Shown piece by piece: positions 56,188 to 64,000 of a stretch of 64,000 bases of DNA. Positions within the stretch are counted from its first letter, which is position 1. Every line of letters begins with the position of its first letter. The notes beneath the pieces were generated by a model. The model was not told the DNA's origin. It saw nothing but the letters and a program-made list of their open reading frames with translations, and ran no database searches. Made by a program: the position numbers and the translations under genes. Source of the stretch: an uncultured Anaerobiospirillum sp. (lineage in GTDB: Bacteria > Pseudomonadota > Gammaproteobacteria > Enterobacterales > Succinivibrionaceae); assembly GCA_944390115.1 (NCBI GenBank), contig CALXOW010000011.1, positions 431 to 64,430 on the forward strand, written 5' to 3'.

Positions 56188-56610
56188 ATGAACTTAGATT
56201 TGCTCAATGTTAAGCCAGTGGTGACCTTTACCTATCGTCTGACCAAGGACGACATTGTTAAGCTCTTCCAAGAGCAGCTCAAAGAGCAACTGGGTGATGT
56301 CCCCTTACAGGGTGATGTGAAGCTGGACGGCGAGGCCGTGGTCGTGACGCTCTCCATTGCCGAACCAGCTCAGAATGCCGAACAAGCTCAGGTCGCTCCA
56401 ACCGAGCCAGTTCAAAGTGAGGCTCCAGCTCCGAGCGCGGCTTTCAGCGCTCCAGCTCAAGTTGATGCTGCACCGGAGCCGCGCGACTCAGAGCCGGTTA
56501 CGACCTGGGAGAGCTTAAGGCTTGAGGAAAAAGAGAGCGACGAGCTTAAGGACGATTTTGAGCCGATGCAGCTGGGCCTTGATAGTTCCTTCGACGACGA
56601 CGAGTTTTAG
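56188..56610 (+). CDS. Hypothetical acidic protein (140 aa)
   Basis: ORF with an upstream GAGG and a strong hairpin immediately downstream. Confidence 0.5.
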   Translation: MNLDLLNVKPVVTFTYRLTKDDIVKLFQEQLKEQLGDVPLQGDVKLDGEAVVVTLSIAEPAQNAEQAQVAPTEPVQSEAPAPSAAFSAPAQVDAAPEPRDSEPVTTWESLRLEEKESDELKDDFEPMQLGLDSSFDDDEF

Positions 56611-56615
56611 CTTTG

Positions 56616-56651
56616 CTGAAGCCACCAGCGGGAGGCCGCTGGTGGCTTCAG
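56616..56651. terminator. Strong stem-loop between convergent genes
   Basis: CTGAAGCCACCAGCGG-GAG-GCCGCTGGTGGCTTCAG, a stem of about 16 bp with no clear T-run. Confidence 0.45.
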
Positions 56652-56687
56652 GGGCGTAAGGCCCCGCAAGTTAAGCGGTGCCTTTAG

Positions 56688-57518
56688 TTAGCTCAAGCCG
56701 CTAATTAGCATGCGTACCGCGACACAGAACAGTGCCAGCGCAAAGATTCGCTTTAAGGTGGCGGGCGCGATCTTTTTGCCGATGGCCACCCCGAAGGTCG
56801 CCATAAACATCGAGCACGGTACCACGCAGACCGCAGCTAAGAAGCTGACATAGCCTAAGGTGAAGACTGGGGCATTCTCCGGGGTGGTGCCGGTGGCAAA
56901 TAAGATAATAGCGCCTGGGACACAGACAAAGAGCGAGACGGCTGAGGACGTGCCCACTGAGCGGTGCGGCTCTTCGTTGCAAGCGTTTAATACCGGCACG
57001 GTTAAGGTACCGCCGCCAATGCCCAACATGACCGAGAAGCAGGCGATTAAAAAGCCGATGACGCGCTGCCAGAACTTACCTGGTAGGGAGTCGAACATTG
57101 GCTTGGCCTTAGCTCTAAAGAAGGTATTGAGGGCATTTAAGATCATGACCACGCCAAAGAGGATAGCCAGCCACTGACCGCCGTAGAAGGACGAGATTAA
57201 GGAGCCGGTGAGCACACCTAAGATCATGCCTGGTGCCCAGGTCTTAATCGTCTCTAGATTGGTATTGCCGCGTTTGTACTGGGCGATCGCAGCGGTAATG
57301 GAGGTCGGGATCATGCAGGTCAGTGAGGTACCGGCCGCCAGCATCATGGCCACATCGGGACTGACCTTAAAGAACACGGTAAAGACGTAGTAGAAAACTG
57401 GCACGAAGATCATGCCGCCGCCGATGCCCAAGAGGCCTGCTAAAAAGCCGCCGACCACGCCGCATAGGGCCAGGGCGATCACCGTGGTTATAAGTTCCGC
57501 CCACTCAAGTCCAAACAT
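56688..57518 (-). CDS. TauE/SafE family sulfite-exporter-like membrane protein
   Basis: Glycine-rich TM repeats (GFLAGLLGIGGGMIFVP and MLGIGGGTLTVP) typical of the family. Confidence 0.8.
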   Translation of the reverse strand: MFGLEWAELITTVIALALCGVVGGFLAGLLGIGGGMIFVPVFYYVFTVFFKVSPDVAMMLAAGTSLTCMIPTSITAAIAQYKRGNTNLETIKTWAPGMILGVLTGSLISSFYGGQWLAILFGVVMILNALNTFFRAKAKPMFDSLPGKFWQRVIGFLIACFSVMLGIGGGTLTVPVLNACNEEPHRSVGTSSAVSLFVCVPGAIILFATGTTPENAPVFTLGYVSFLAAVCVVPCSMFMATFGVAIGKKIAPATLKRIFALALFCVAVRMLISGLS

Positions 57519-57720
57519 GGCATTTCCTCATTGCAATTAGATAGAGGGCCTTAGGTCAACAACCCAAGAGCCCGTAATTAGGTGGGCGCTAGCATAACGC
57601 TTTGCGCTCGAACTTGCATCAAGCCCCGGTGCGACGCGCCCAAAAAGCGCATGAAATGGGGCTGCAAGTAACTTGGGTGCAAAGTGGGATGGTGATCGCA
57701 AAAATTTTTTAAAGATTTTG

Positions 57721-57749
57721 TTGACAGAGCTAAATCAAGCCTATATCAT
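57721..57749 (+). promoter_or_regulatory. Putative sigma70 promoter of the tRNA operon
   Basis: TTGACA (57721-57726), a 17-nt spacer, then TATCAT (57744-57749). An A/T-rich tract lies upstream and a GC-rich discriminator (AAGCCCCCG) downstream. Confidence 0.55.
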
Positions 57750-57801
57750 AAGCCCCCGTTGAGACGCGTGATAGCGCCAGTTATTACGAGTCGCCTGTAG
57801 G

Positions 57802-57878
57802 GCGTCCTTAGCTCAGTTGGATAGAGCAACAGCCTTCTAAGCTGTGGGGCGAAGGTTCGACTCCTTCAGGACGCGCCA
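57802..57878 (+). tRNA. tRNA-Arg (anticodon TCT)
   Basis: Cloverleaf folded by hand: acceptor GCGTCCT/AGGACGC, anticodon loop CTTCTAA, T-arm GAAGG-TTCGACT-CCTTC, encoded CCA. Confidence 0.9.
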
Positions 57879-57913
57879 AGCGTCAACGCAAAATTGATTA
57901 AATCAATCTCTAT

Positions 57914-57990
57914 GGTGGCTGTAGCTCAGTTGGTAGAGTCCCGGATTGTGATTCCGGTTGTCGTGGGTTCGAGCCCCATCAGCCACCCCA
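57914..57990 (+). tRNA. tRNA-His (anticodon GTG)
   Basis: Near-identical to the enterobacterial tRNA-His pattern, including the extra 5' G (GGTGGCT...), anticodon loop ATTGTGATT, and encoded CCA. Confidence 0.9.
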
Positions 57991-58013
57991 ATTGATTTGA
58001 TTTGGTCGCCCCC

Positions 58014-58098
58014 TGCGGGAGTGGCGAAATTGGTAGACGCACAAGATTTAGGTTCTTGCGCCTTAGGTGTAAGGGTTCGAGTCCCTTCTCCCGCACCA
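58014..58098 (+). tRNA. tRNA-Leu (anticodon TAG)
   Basis: GCGGGAGTGGCGAAATTGGTAGACGC..., anticodon loop TTTAGGT, a long variable arm, and encoded CCA. Confidence 0.9.
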
Positions 58099-58126
58099 AT
58101 TTAGTGCCAGACCCCAAAAAGAAACG

Positions 58127-58150
58127 GCAGCCTCGAGCTGCTTTTTTATT
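58127..58150 (+). terminator. Intrinsic terminator after the tRNA cluster
   Basis: GCAGC-CTCGA-GCTGC followed by TTTTTTATT. Confidence 0.55.
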
Positions 58151-58465
58151 ATCTATTGCCGTGCACGTGCACGCAAAAATCTCTCCCCGCAAAAGCTCAT
58201 TCCTAAGCCAAATCCCATCTCAAAAAGCGCAAACCAATTCGCAACCTTGCTGCGCTTTGAGCGCTCCAGAGCGCGCCTGGCAGGCTCAGCCTTGGTGAGC
58301 TCTCAAACCAGCTGTATTCAGTCCTTTGCTCAAGCAGCGCAACCAGCCTTGGCCTTATCTGGAGTCATAGCAGCGCCCGCAAGTGCCATCGACTTAGACC
58401 GAACGGTCTTGAACGACGGCGTGGAGCGCTACGGCGCCCCGGCCCGGTGGGCCGGGGCAGGGCGG

Positions 58466-61400
58466 CTACTTGAGCATGCCTGAGGCGATAGCGTCGTAGG
58501 CGGTGAGCACCAGGCGCTGGGTCAGGTACTCGCCGTAGAGCTCGGTTTCCTTGCGCTTTAAGCCGGGGAAGGTCACCGATGGGTGATCAGGTCCCATGAC
58601 CGCAGTTGGATCGAGGATGTAGGCAAGCTCCTCACGCGTCAGGCCGTACATCTTGGCGATATAGGCATCAAGCTGTGCGCGAATGCTCAGGCGCTCGCGT
58701 GGTTCTTGGAACACGTACGTAGGGTACTGGGTAAGCCACACCGCGTTGATGTCATCAGCGGTGCGCGTCAGCTGCGCTACACGCGAGGCAATAAACTCTA
58801 CGTCCTCAGGGCTAAAGGCCTCCGGCGGCAGAATCGGCAGCTGCTTGAGGTAGTAGAGATTGACGTGAGCTGAAGACTGCTTAATGCGTTCAATAAAGTC
58901 CACTACTAAGCTGTTGAGTACGGCTAGCAAACAGGCTGCATGTTTATCATCGGCTTTAGGCATCAAAAGTCCTGCGGTGTTACCTACTCCCACAGCGGCA
59001 GGCAGCACGGATGCGATAACGGTACGTTCGTCAGTTGCTCTTGCAATGTCGCGCCAGGCAATGGTCCATGGCTGCTCCCAGCCCTTTTGTTGCCAGCGCT
59101 CGTTAACCAATGATTGATTAACCCAAAAACGAGGTTCAGCAAGAGCGGTTTGCTTTTGCTTTTGGTTCGTTTCCATATTCTTGGCGTCGAGCACCTTCCC
59201 TTGATGGTCGTAATCAAAAGTTGCATAGCGGTGATCAAACTGCCAGAACATCTTGCCCTCGTAGAGCGGGACTAGACCTTGCGTGCGGGCGTTTTCGGCT
59301 CCTGCCTTATCAAGCGTTACGAAATTCCCGCTGTCATTGGTCATATCAAACATGCGCATGTTGTTGATACGCCAAGGGCTTATGACTTTAGAGCCGTCAA
59401 TTGACTCGCGAACCAGTACTGGTGCAGCGCGGTAGAGCTTACGGCACAGCTCTAAGTCGTACTCAGAGCGTACTAACAGCGCGGTTTGTGTATTTGGATT
59501 GATGAGTGCGATATCTCCCGGTTCATAGCTTAGGTGAAGCTTCTCATTCTCAAGCTGCTTTGGGTCAGTCGCGTAGAAGACGCAATCTGCTACGCTTTCT
59601 TTTTGCATTGACTGTAAAGTCAGCAGTAGAAACGAGTAGCCTGAAGCTACTGCGGGGAAAATGCCTTCAGTGTTATTAAAATGATAAATCGAGCGGACAA
59701 TCCTGTTACTAAAGATAGATTGAGTAAAGAGCTTGGTTGAGTCGTCGGTAATAATACCTGCAGGCATGACCATTCCCACAGTTCCTGACTCTTTTTTCAA
59801 GTTTAGGGCAAGCTCAGCAAAGTAAGCAAATAGGTTAGTGTCACCAACTCCAGTGAGCGGGAAGCGGCCGCCATCATCACCTGAGAGGTGATTGATGGTG
59901 GAGAAGGCTGCAGCCAGATGCTGGACTCGTACGTAGTCGACAAAGATGTCGCGCTGGCGGGCATCGTCGCTGGAGGCTAAAGCCTCAATCATCTTTTGTC
60001 GAATGGCAGCGGTCTTGGCAGCAGCTACCTCAGGTAAGCGCGCGGCGAACCATTTTACGTCCTCGATCTTTGGCTTTTCCCATGGTGGATTGCCCAGCAC
60101 GCAGTCAAAGCCGCCCTTAGCCATAACTTCCATAAAGGCAAACGGCCAGTGCAGAACGTGGTTTTCAGCGCAAACTTGGTGGGCGTGCTTGAGCATGGCT
60201 TGGTGGCCTTGCTCAAAGCCCTCAGGGTCGGTTAAGAGCAGGTCTAAGTCCTTGCAGGTTGGCACTAAGGACTCGGTAGCCGTAGTCTTTTCGCTGAGAA
60301 AGGCGCTCAACAGAAGGTTGCATGCCTTAAACTCGACCGTATCCTCGATTGCCTGCTGGTTGCGGGCGTTTTGTACGGCCTTATTCTCTTCGGCTTGCAA
60401 GGTGTCGGCGGCTAGCTGGTCGAGGTTAATGTAGCCTAAGTGCTGGATAGCTGAGCCTAAGCTGGCCAGGCCATTTAAGCCTGCGTCTAACTGGTTCTCA
60501 ATGAAGACCTTGCGCTCCTTGGTGTTGCGCTTCTTTAAGGTGGCGCAGACCGTCTTATCGCTTAAGGTCAGAGCGTGCTCGCCTTTACCAATTGGGGCCT
60601 GCGGCTTGTAGGCATCAGATGGGATGCCCAGTTTGAGCACGTCGATGTCCATCACGCCCAAGAGGGCATTGCCCACCAGTAAGTGGTGGTCGATAAAGGA
60701 GAGCGGCTTGTTCTCAGCAAAGCCTTCAAGCCACAGCGCCATGCGCGCCAGCTCCACTGCCATTGGGTTGAGGTCAACGCCGTAGATGCAGTGCGAGATG
60801 ACCTCGTGTAAGGTCTTGCGGTACTCGACGTTGGCAGGGGCGCCCAAGTAGGCCTTTTGCTCCATGATGACCGCTGCAATGCGGCGCGCGGCAGCTAAGA
60901 GGAAGTGGCCGCTACCACAGGCTGGGTCGATGACCTTTAAGCTGAGGAGAGCGCTTTCGGGATCGTTCGGGTGCTCTTTGAGTTTTTGCTCAATGACTGG
61001 GTTTAAGGAGGTCTCAATCAGGCTTTGCACCAAGGAATCAGGAGTGTAGTAGGAGCCTGAGCTCTTGCGCTCATTGGCGTTGCCTTGGGCAAAGTCAAAG
61101 GTGAAGGAGTGACGGTCATCCTCGTTGACATACTTCACCACTGGCACCAGCTCGAGCAGGCCCTCATAGAGCGAGCCTAGCTCTTCGGTGTTCATGTTGG
61201 CGTAGTCGATGCGGCTGACCACGCCTTGGAGCTTGGCCCAGCGCATCAGGCGCATGGCATGTAAGAGGTCGGCGTTGGTGAGATTAACGTTCATGAGATC
61301 AGGGCATTGATCTGGGGTGAACAAACCGCCTAAGGCTGGTAGGGCCAGCAATTCCTCACCGCTAGCAAAGGCCTTAAATACCACCTTAACGCTTTCCCAC

Positions 61401-62842
61401 AGGTCGTGGTAATCGGTGTAGAGACGCTGCTTTAAGGACATATCGCGCATGCGTTGCAGGCTATAGCCCTCATCGTAGAGCGCGCGGGCGCGGCCGTAGT
61501 CCCGAACTACAGTGGAGCGGGTGATCGGCTCGTCTTCTTTTTGCGGTTCCTCGTCCCAGTCGAGGTTGAAACTTCCTTGCTCGAACCAAGTGTCATCACC
61601 GTCTTGGGTCTCGGATTGGGCGGCATCTTGCTCTGATATGTCTTGCTCTAAGGCGGCGCTGCGCTCGGCGGCGAGCTTGTCTTGCAGGGCGTGCGCTTGG
61701 AGTACGGCCAGGCGCTGCGTGATGTCGTCCTTGGTCAGGCGGGTATGGACGATGCCGCGCTCCTCGAGGCAGAAGATGAAGAGGAAGCGGTACATCAGGC
61801 GCATCAGCTGATGGTTGTAGTCGGTGGCGCTGAGCTCATGGTTGGCGAGCTTGGCACGCAATTGGTCGTTGCCCTTGCCTTTAGCGCGCAGGAAACCAGT
61901 GCCTAAGCACACCATCGCCTCTTGCATGCTGGCGCTCAGCTGCTCGCGCGCTGGAATACCTTCCTCAGCGCTGAGCTTGAGCCACAGCTCCCAGGCGTTG
62001 AGGCCGGAGATGTCATCGACCTTGGTGCGCGTGCTGTGCAGCATCAGGTAGAGATGGCTAAACTCGGCTTGGTTGTCGCCCTCAAAGATGGACTCCAAGT
62101 CGAACTCAACAAAGCTCGGGCGCGCAATGGTCATAACATCACGCAGCAAGCGCAAGCTATAGCCGTTGAAGGCAAAGCCCCAGAGGTACTGCGCTGAGAT
62201 GTTGAGCAGCTCTTGGGTCATGGCAAAAGCCGATCTGCGGCCTGGCTTGTTGGGCAGCTTGCTGTTAATGATGGAACAGGCTGGAAGCACCGTGTCGAGG
62301 GTGCTGCGCTTTTTCGGATTTTTAGGATCGGGGCAAGGATAGACCACAGTGAGCGGAATGATGGCGCTGACACGCTGGCCATCGTTGCCACTTAATGGCT
62401 TGATGTTGGTGGTGACGTTGGTTTGAGGCAAATTATCTTTGTGGAGCGCAGCTTCTTGGTCTAAAAGCATCGAGACCGGGAAGGTCAGCACATAGTGGTC
62501 GTGGCCGATGGTTTGGTCGATCGGGAGGTTATCGACGCTCAGCGGCAGGTTGTAATCGAGCGCGGAGTTAAACAGGGCGTGGGCAAAGGCCTTGGTGGCC
62601 TCCAGCTTAATGTCATCGCTGTAGCTGGGATTATCCACGGCGCGCTTGAACTTGAAATAAGCCGAGCTGGCGATGCGGTAGGCGCGGGCGACCTCTTCCT
62701 TGAGGCTTAAGCCCTCTGGGATGTTATAGTCAAGATCCGTTTGCAGCGTACCCTTGCGCTCAAAAATGCGCTCGAGCTGAACGCCCGTAAAAAGCTTGCC
62801 CTCTAAGCGACAGCTGGTGCTGTCCGCAATATTAACCGCCAT
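58466..62842 (-). CDS. Large (1458 aa) fused N6-adenine DNA methyltransferase, type IIG/IIL restriction-modification-like
   Basis: GSYYTPDSLVQ, motif I VIDPACGSGHFLLAAARR, then motif IV VLGNPPWEKPK (gamma-class order). About 550 aa of unassigned sequence lies N-terminal and about 500 aa of TRD-like sequence C-terminal, ending in YGLTREELAYILD...ELYGEYLTQRLVL. Confidence 0.75.
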   Translation of the reverse strand: MAVNIADSTSCRLEGKLFTGVQLERIFERKGTLQTDLDYNIPEGLSLKEEVARAYRIASSAYFKFKRAVDNPSYSDDIKLEATKAFAHALFNSALDYNLPLSVDNLPIDQTIGHDHYVLTFPVSMLLDQEAALHKDNLPQTNVTTNIKPLSGNDGQRVSAIIPLTVVYPCPDPKNPKKRSTLDTVLPACSIINSKLPNKPGRRSAFAMTQELLNISAQYLWGFAFNGYSLRLLRDVMTIARPSFVEFDLESIFEGDNQAEFSHLYLMLHSTRTKVDDISGLNAWELWLKLSAEEGIPAREQLSASMQEAMVCLGTGFLRAKGKGNDQLRAKLANHELSATDYNHQLMRLMYRFLFIFCLEERGIVHTRLTKDDITQRLAVLQAHALQDKLAAERSAALEQDISEQDAAQSETQDGDDTWFEQGSFNLDWDEEPQKEDEPITRSTVVRDYGRARALYDEGYSLQRMRDMSLKQRLYTDYHDLWESVKVVFKAFASGEELLALPALGGLFTPDQCPDLMNVNLTNADLLHAMRLMRWAKLQGVVSRIDYANMNTEELGSLYEGLLELVPVVKYVNEDDRHSFTFDFAQGNANERKSSGSYYTPDSLVQSLIETSLNPVIEQKLKEHPNDPESALLSLKVIDPACGSGHFLLAAARRIAAVIMEQKAYLGAPANVEYRKTLHEVISHCIYGVDLNPMAVELARMALWLEGFAENKPLSFIDHHLLVGNALLGVMDIDVLKLGIPSDAYKPQAPIGKGEHALTLSDKTVCATLKKRNTKERKVFIENQLDAGLNGLASLGSAIQHLGYINLDQLAADTLQAEENKAVQNARNQQAIEDTVEFKACNLLLSAFLSEKTTATESLVPTCKDLDLLLTDPEGFEQGHQAMLKHAHQVCAENHVLHWPFAFMEVMAKGGFDCVLGNPPWEKPKIEDVKWFAARLPEVAAAKTAAIRQKMIEALASSDDARQRDIFVDYVRVQHLAAAFSTINHLSGDDGGRFPLTGVGDTNLFAYFAELALNLKKESGTVGMVMPAGIITDDSTKLFTQSIFSNRIVRSIYHFNNTEGIFPAVASGYSFLLLTLQSMQKESVADCVFYATDPKQLENEKLHLSYEPGDIALINPNTQTALLVRSEYDLELCRKLYRAAPVLVRESIDGSKVISPWRINNMRMFDMTNDSGNFVTLDKAGAENARTQGLVPLYEGKMFWQFDHRYATFDYDHQGKVLDAKNMETNQKQKQTALAEPRFWVNQSLVNERWQQKGWEQPWTIAWRDIARATDERTVIASVLPAAVGVGNTAGLLMPKADDKHAACLLAVLNSLVVDFIERIKQSSAHVNLYYLKQLPILPPEAFSPEDVEFIASRVAQLTRTADDINAVWLTQYPTYVFQEPRERLSIRAQLDAYIAKMYGLTREELAYILDPTAVMGPDHPSVTFPGLKRKETELYGEYLTQRLVLTAYDAIASGMLK

Positions 62843-62919
62843 GCTAACCTCAAGTTATCAAACCAACTGGCCCTATTGTACTTGAGACTTGGGGCGGTTG
62901 CAGGGAGTAGGGGCGGGCG

Positions 62920-62955
62920 CTGAAAAAGGAAAAGCCCGCTGCTAGTGAGCGGGCT
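62920..62955 (-). terminator. Intrinsic terminator of the GntP-family gene
   Basis: On the minus strand, AGCCCGCT-CACTAGC-AGCGGGCT is followed by TTTTCCTTTTTC. Confidence 0.55.
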
Positions 62956-63037
62956 ACAGCAGATCAAATCTGCTTTGGATCTTTTTGCCTGTGTGATGGG
63001 GCAAAAGTTGACTGGTATTGGGTTACTTTCTCTGGCT

Positions 63038-64000
63038 TTAGAGCAGTACCAAGGAGGCTAAGTAGGTGAAGACAAAGCCGGAGAAGCCTGCGACCGACGT
63101 GATGACCGTCCAGGTCTTGAGGCCATCACCAACGCTGATGCCCAAGTAGCGCGTGAGAATCCAGAAGAAGGAGTCGTTAATGTGCGAGAAGCCTAAGCCA
63201 CCAAAGCCAATCGAGATGGTCAAAAGAACGCGGAACATGTCCGATTGACCGGCTGCAGCGTCCGCAAGTAAGCCTGCGGCAGTTAAGATCGCGACCGTGG
63301 CGGAGCCTTGGGCGGCACGCAGAGCGGCGGTAATGAGCCAGCCTGCGAACATGATTGGCAGACCAAGCGAGTTTAAGGTGTCGGCTAAGGCCGTGCCCAC
63401 GCCGGACTCGGATAAGACCTTACCAAAGACGCCACCACCACCGGTGACTAAGATTACGACCGCTGCGGTTGGCAGAGCTGAGTCCATGACCTCGCCAATC
63501 TTGCCTAAGGACCAATTGCGGCGTACACCCAAGAAGTAGAAGGCTAAGGCCAAAGCTACCATTAAGGCGGTGCCTGGAGCACCTAAGAACTGGGTTACTG
63601 GCAGTAAGCCTGAGTCCTTGCTTAAGGTCGTGGCGCAGACCGTGCCCAACATGATGAGGGCAATTGGGATGATGACTAAGCTGACGATGAGCCAAACGTT
63701 AGGGGCATCATGAGCCTCAGGAGGAATTGGCTCGGCTTCAATGGTGGCAGTCTCTGCTGGGGCGGCAGTCGAGGCATCGGCTGAACCTGCGGCGGCGGTG
63801 AGCTGGGCGCCGGTCTTGGCGAGGTGGCGCTTGACGATAAACTTAGCCGTGAAGAAGCCTACTAAGCCGGTTGGCACGCATAAGATCAGGCCTAATAAGG
63901 TCAGCATGCCGACGTCTGCTGATAAGATACCGGCCGCTGCCACTGGACCTGGGTGTGGTGGAACCACAACGTGTACGGCGAGCATGCACACAGCAACTGG
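63038..64000 (-). CDS. GntP family (gluconate-type) permease, C-terminal part; gene continues past the right edge
   Basis: PPHPGPVAAAGIL motif and a multi-TM profile. The frame is open to the end of the window. Confidence 0.8.
   Translation of the reverse strand, partial: PVAVCMLAVHVVVPPHPGPVAAAGILSADVGMLTLLGLILCVPTGLVGFFTAKFIVKRHLAKTGAQLTAAAGSADASTAAPAETATIEAEPIPPEAHDAPNVWLIVSLVIIPIALIMLGTVCATTLSKDSGLLPVTQFLGAPGTALMVALALAFYFLGVRRNWSLGKIGEVMDSALPTAAVVILVTGGGGVFGKVLSESGVGTALADTLNSLGLPIMFAGWLITAALRAAQGSATVAILTAAGLLADAAAGQSDMFRVLLTISIGFGGLGFSHINDSFFWILTRYLGISVGDGLKTWTVITSVAGFSGFVFTYLASLVLL

Noticed and set aside
57802-62955. tRNA-targeted genomic island carrying the methyltransferase
   Set aside because: There is no integrase, no duplicated tRNA 3' end downstream of the gene, and the gene is mostly host-like in composition. 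tRNA adjacency may be coincidental.

Overview
Chromosomal window, about 55-57% GC by eye, most likely from a gammaproteobacterium. This is suggested by the lptD-surA-pdxA-rsmA block plus rsmC, yacG-zapD-coaE, xerD, trpBA, sstT and a tRNA Arg-His-Leu cluster. Between these housekeeping blocks lie several accessory segments. (1) An AT-rich OLD-family ATPase gene is cut by the left edge, next to cobB and pepB. (2) At 4.0-8.3 kb there is a two-gene orphan operon (a disordered 260-281 aa protein plus an 1141-aa protein with a C-terminal Zn ribbon), bordered by 53-bp-period intergenic repeats. (3) At 9.0-10.9 kb there is an AT-rich Rpn (YhgA-like nuclease) islet. It is bracketed by a perfect 16-bp direct repeat and contains a 696-bp tandem duplication that leaves a free-standing Rpn C-terminal ORF. 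(4) Six tandem paralogous GT-B glycosyltransferases occupy 11.0-18.9 kb. (5) At 19.4-27.3 kb a 772-aa HTH protein gene contains twelve copies of the invariant octamer CGTGTACC at exactly 33-bp spacing, flanked by GTATAC palindromes. It converges on five tandem paralogs of an unrecognised ~220-280 aa family, one of which carries an in-frame TAG. (6) An AT-rich islet between lptD and yacG encodes proteins made only of Rpn-tail-like modules, plus a 50-aa membrane peptide. (7) A 9-kb island between xerD and trpA holds a TraD-type coupling ATPase and two proteins that each carry half of a MOBH/HD relaxase-like signature. It has acidic and lysine/alanine-rich disordered regions but no mating-pair genes. 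(8) A solitary 1458-aa gamma-class N6-adenine methyltransferase fusion lies next to the tRNA cluster. My best candidates for something undescribed are (5) and (7). All family assignments come from motifs read by eye; no database search was possible.
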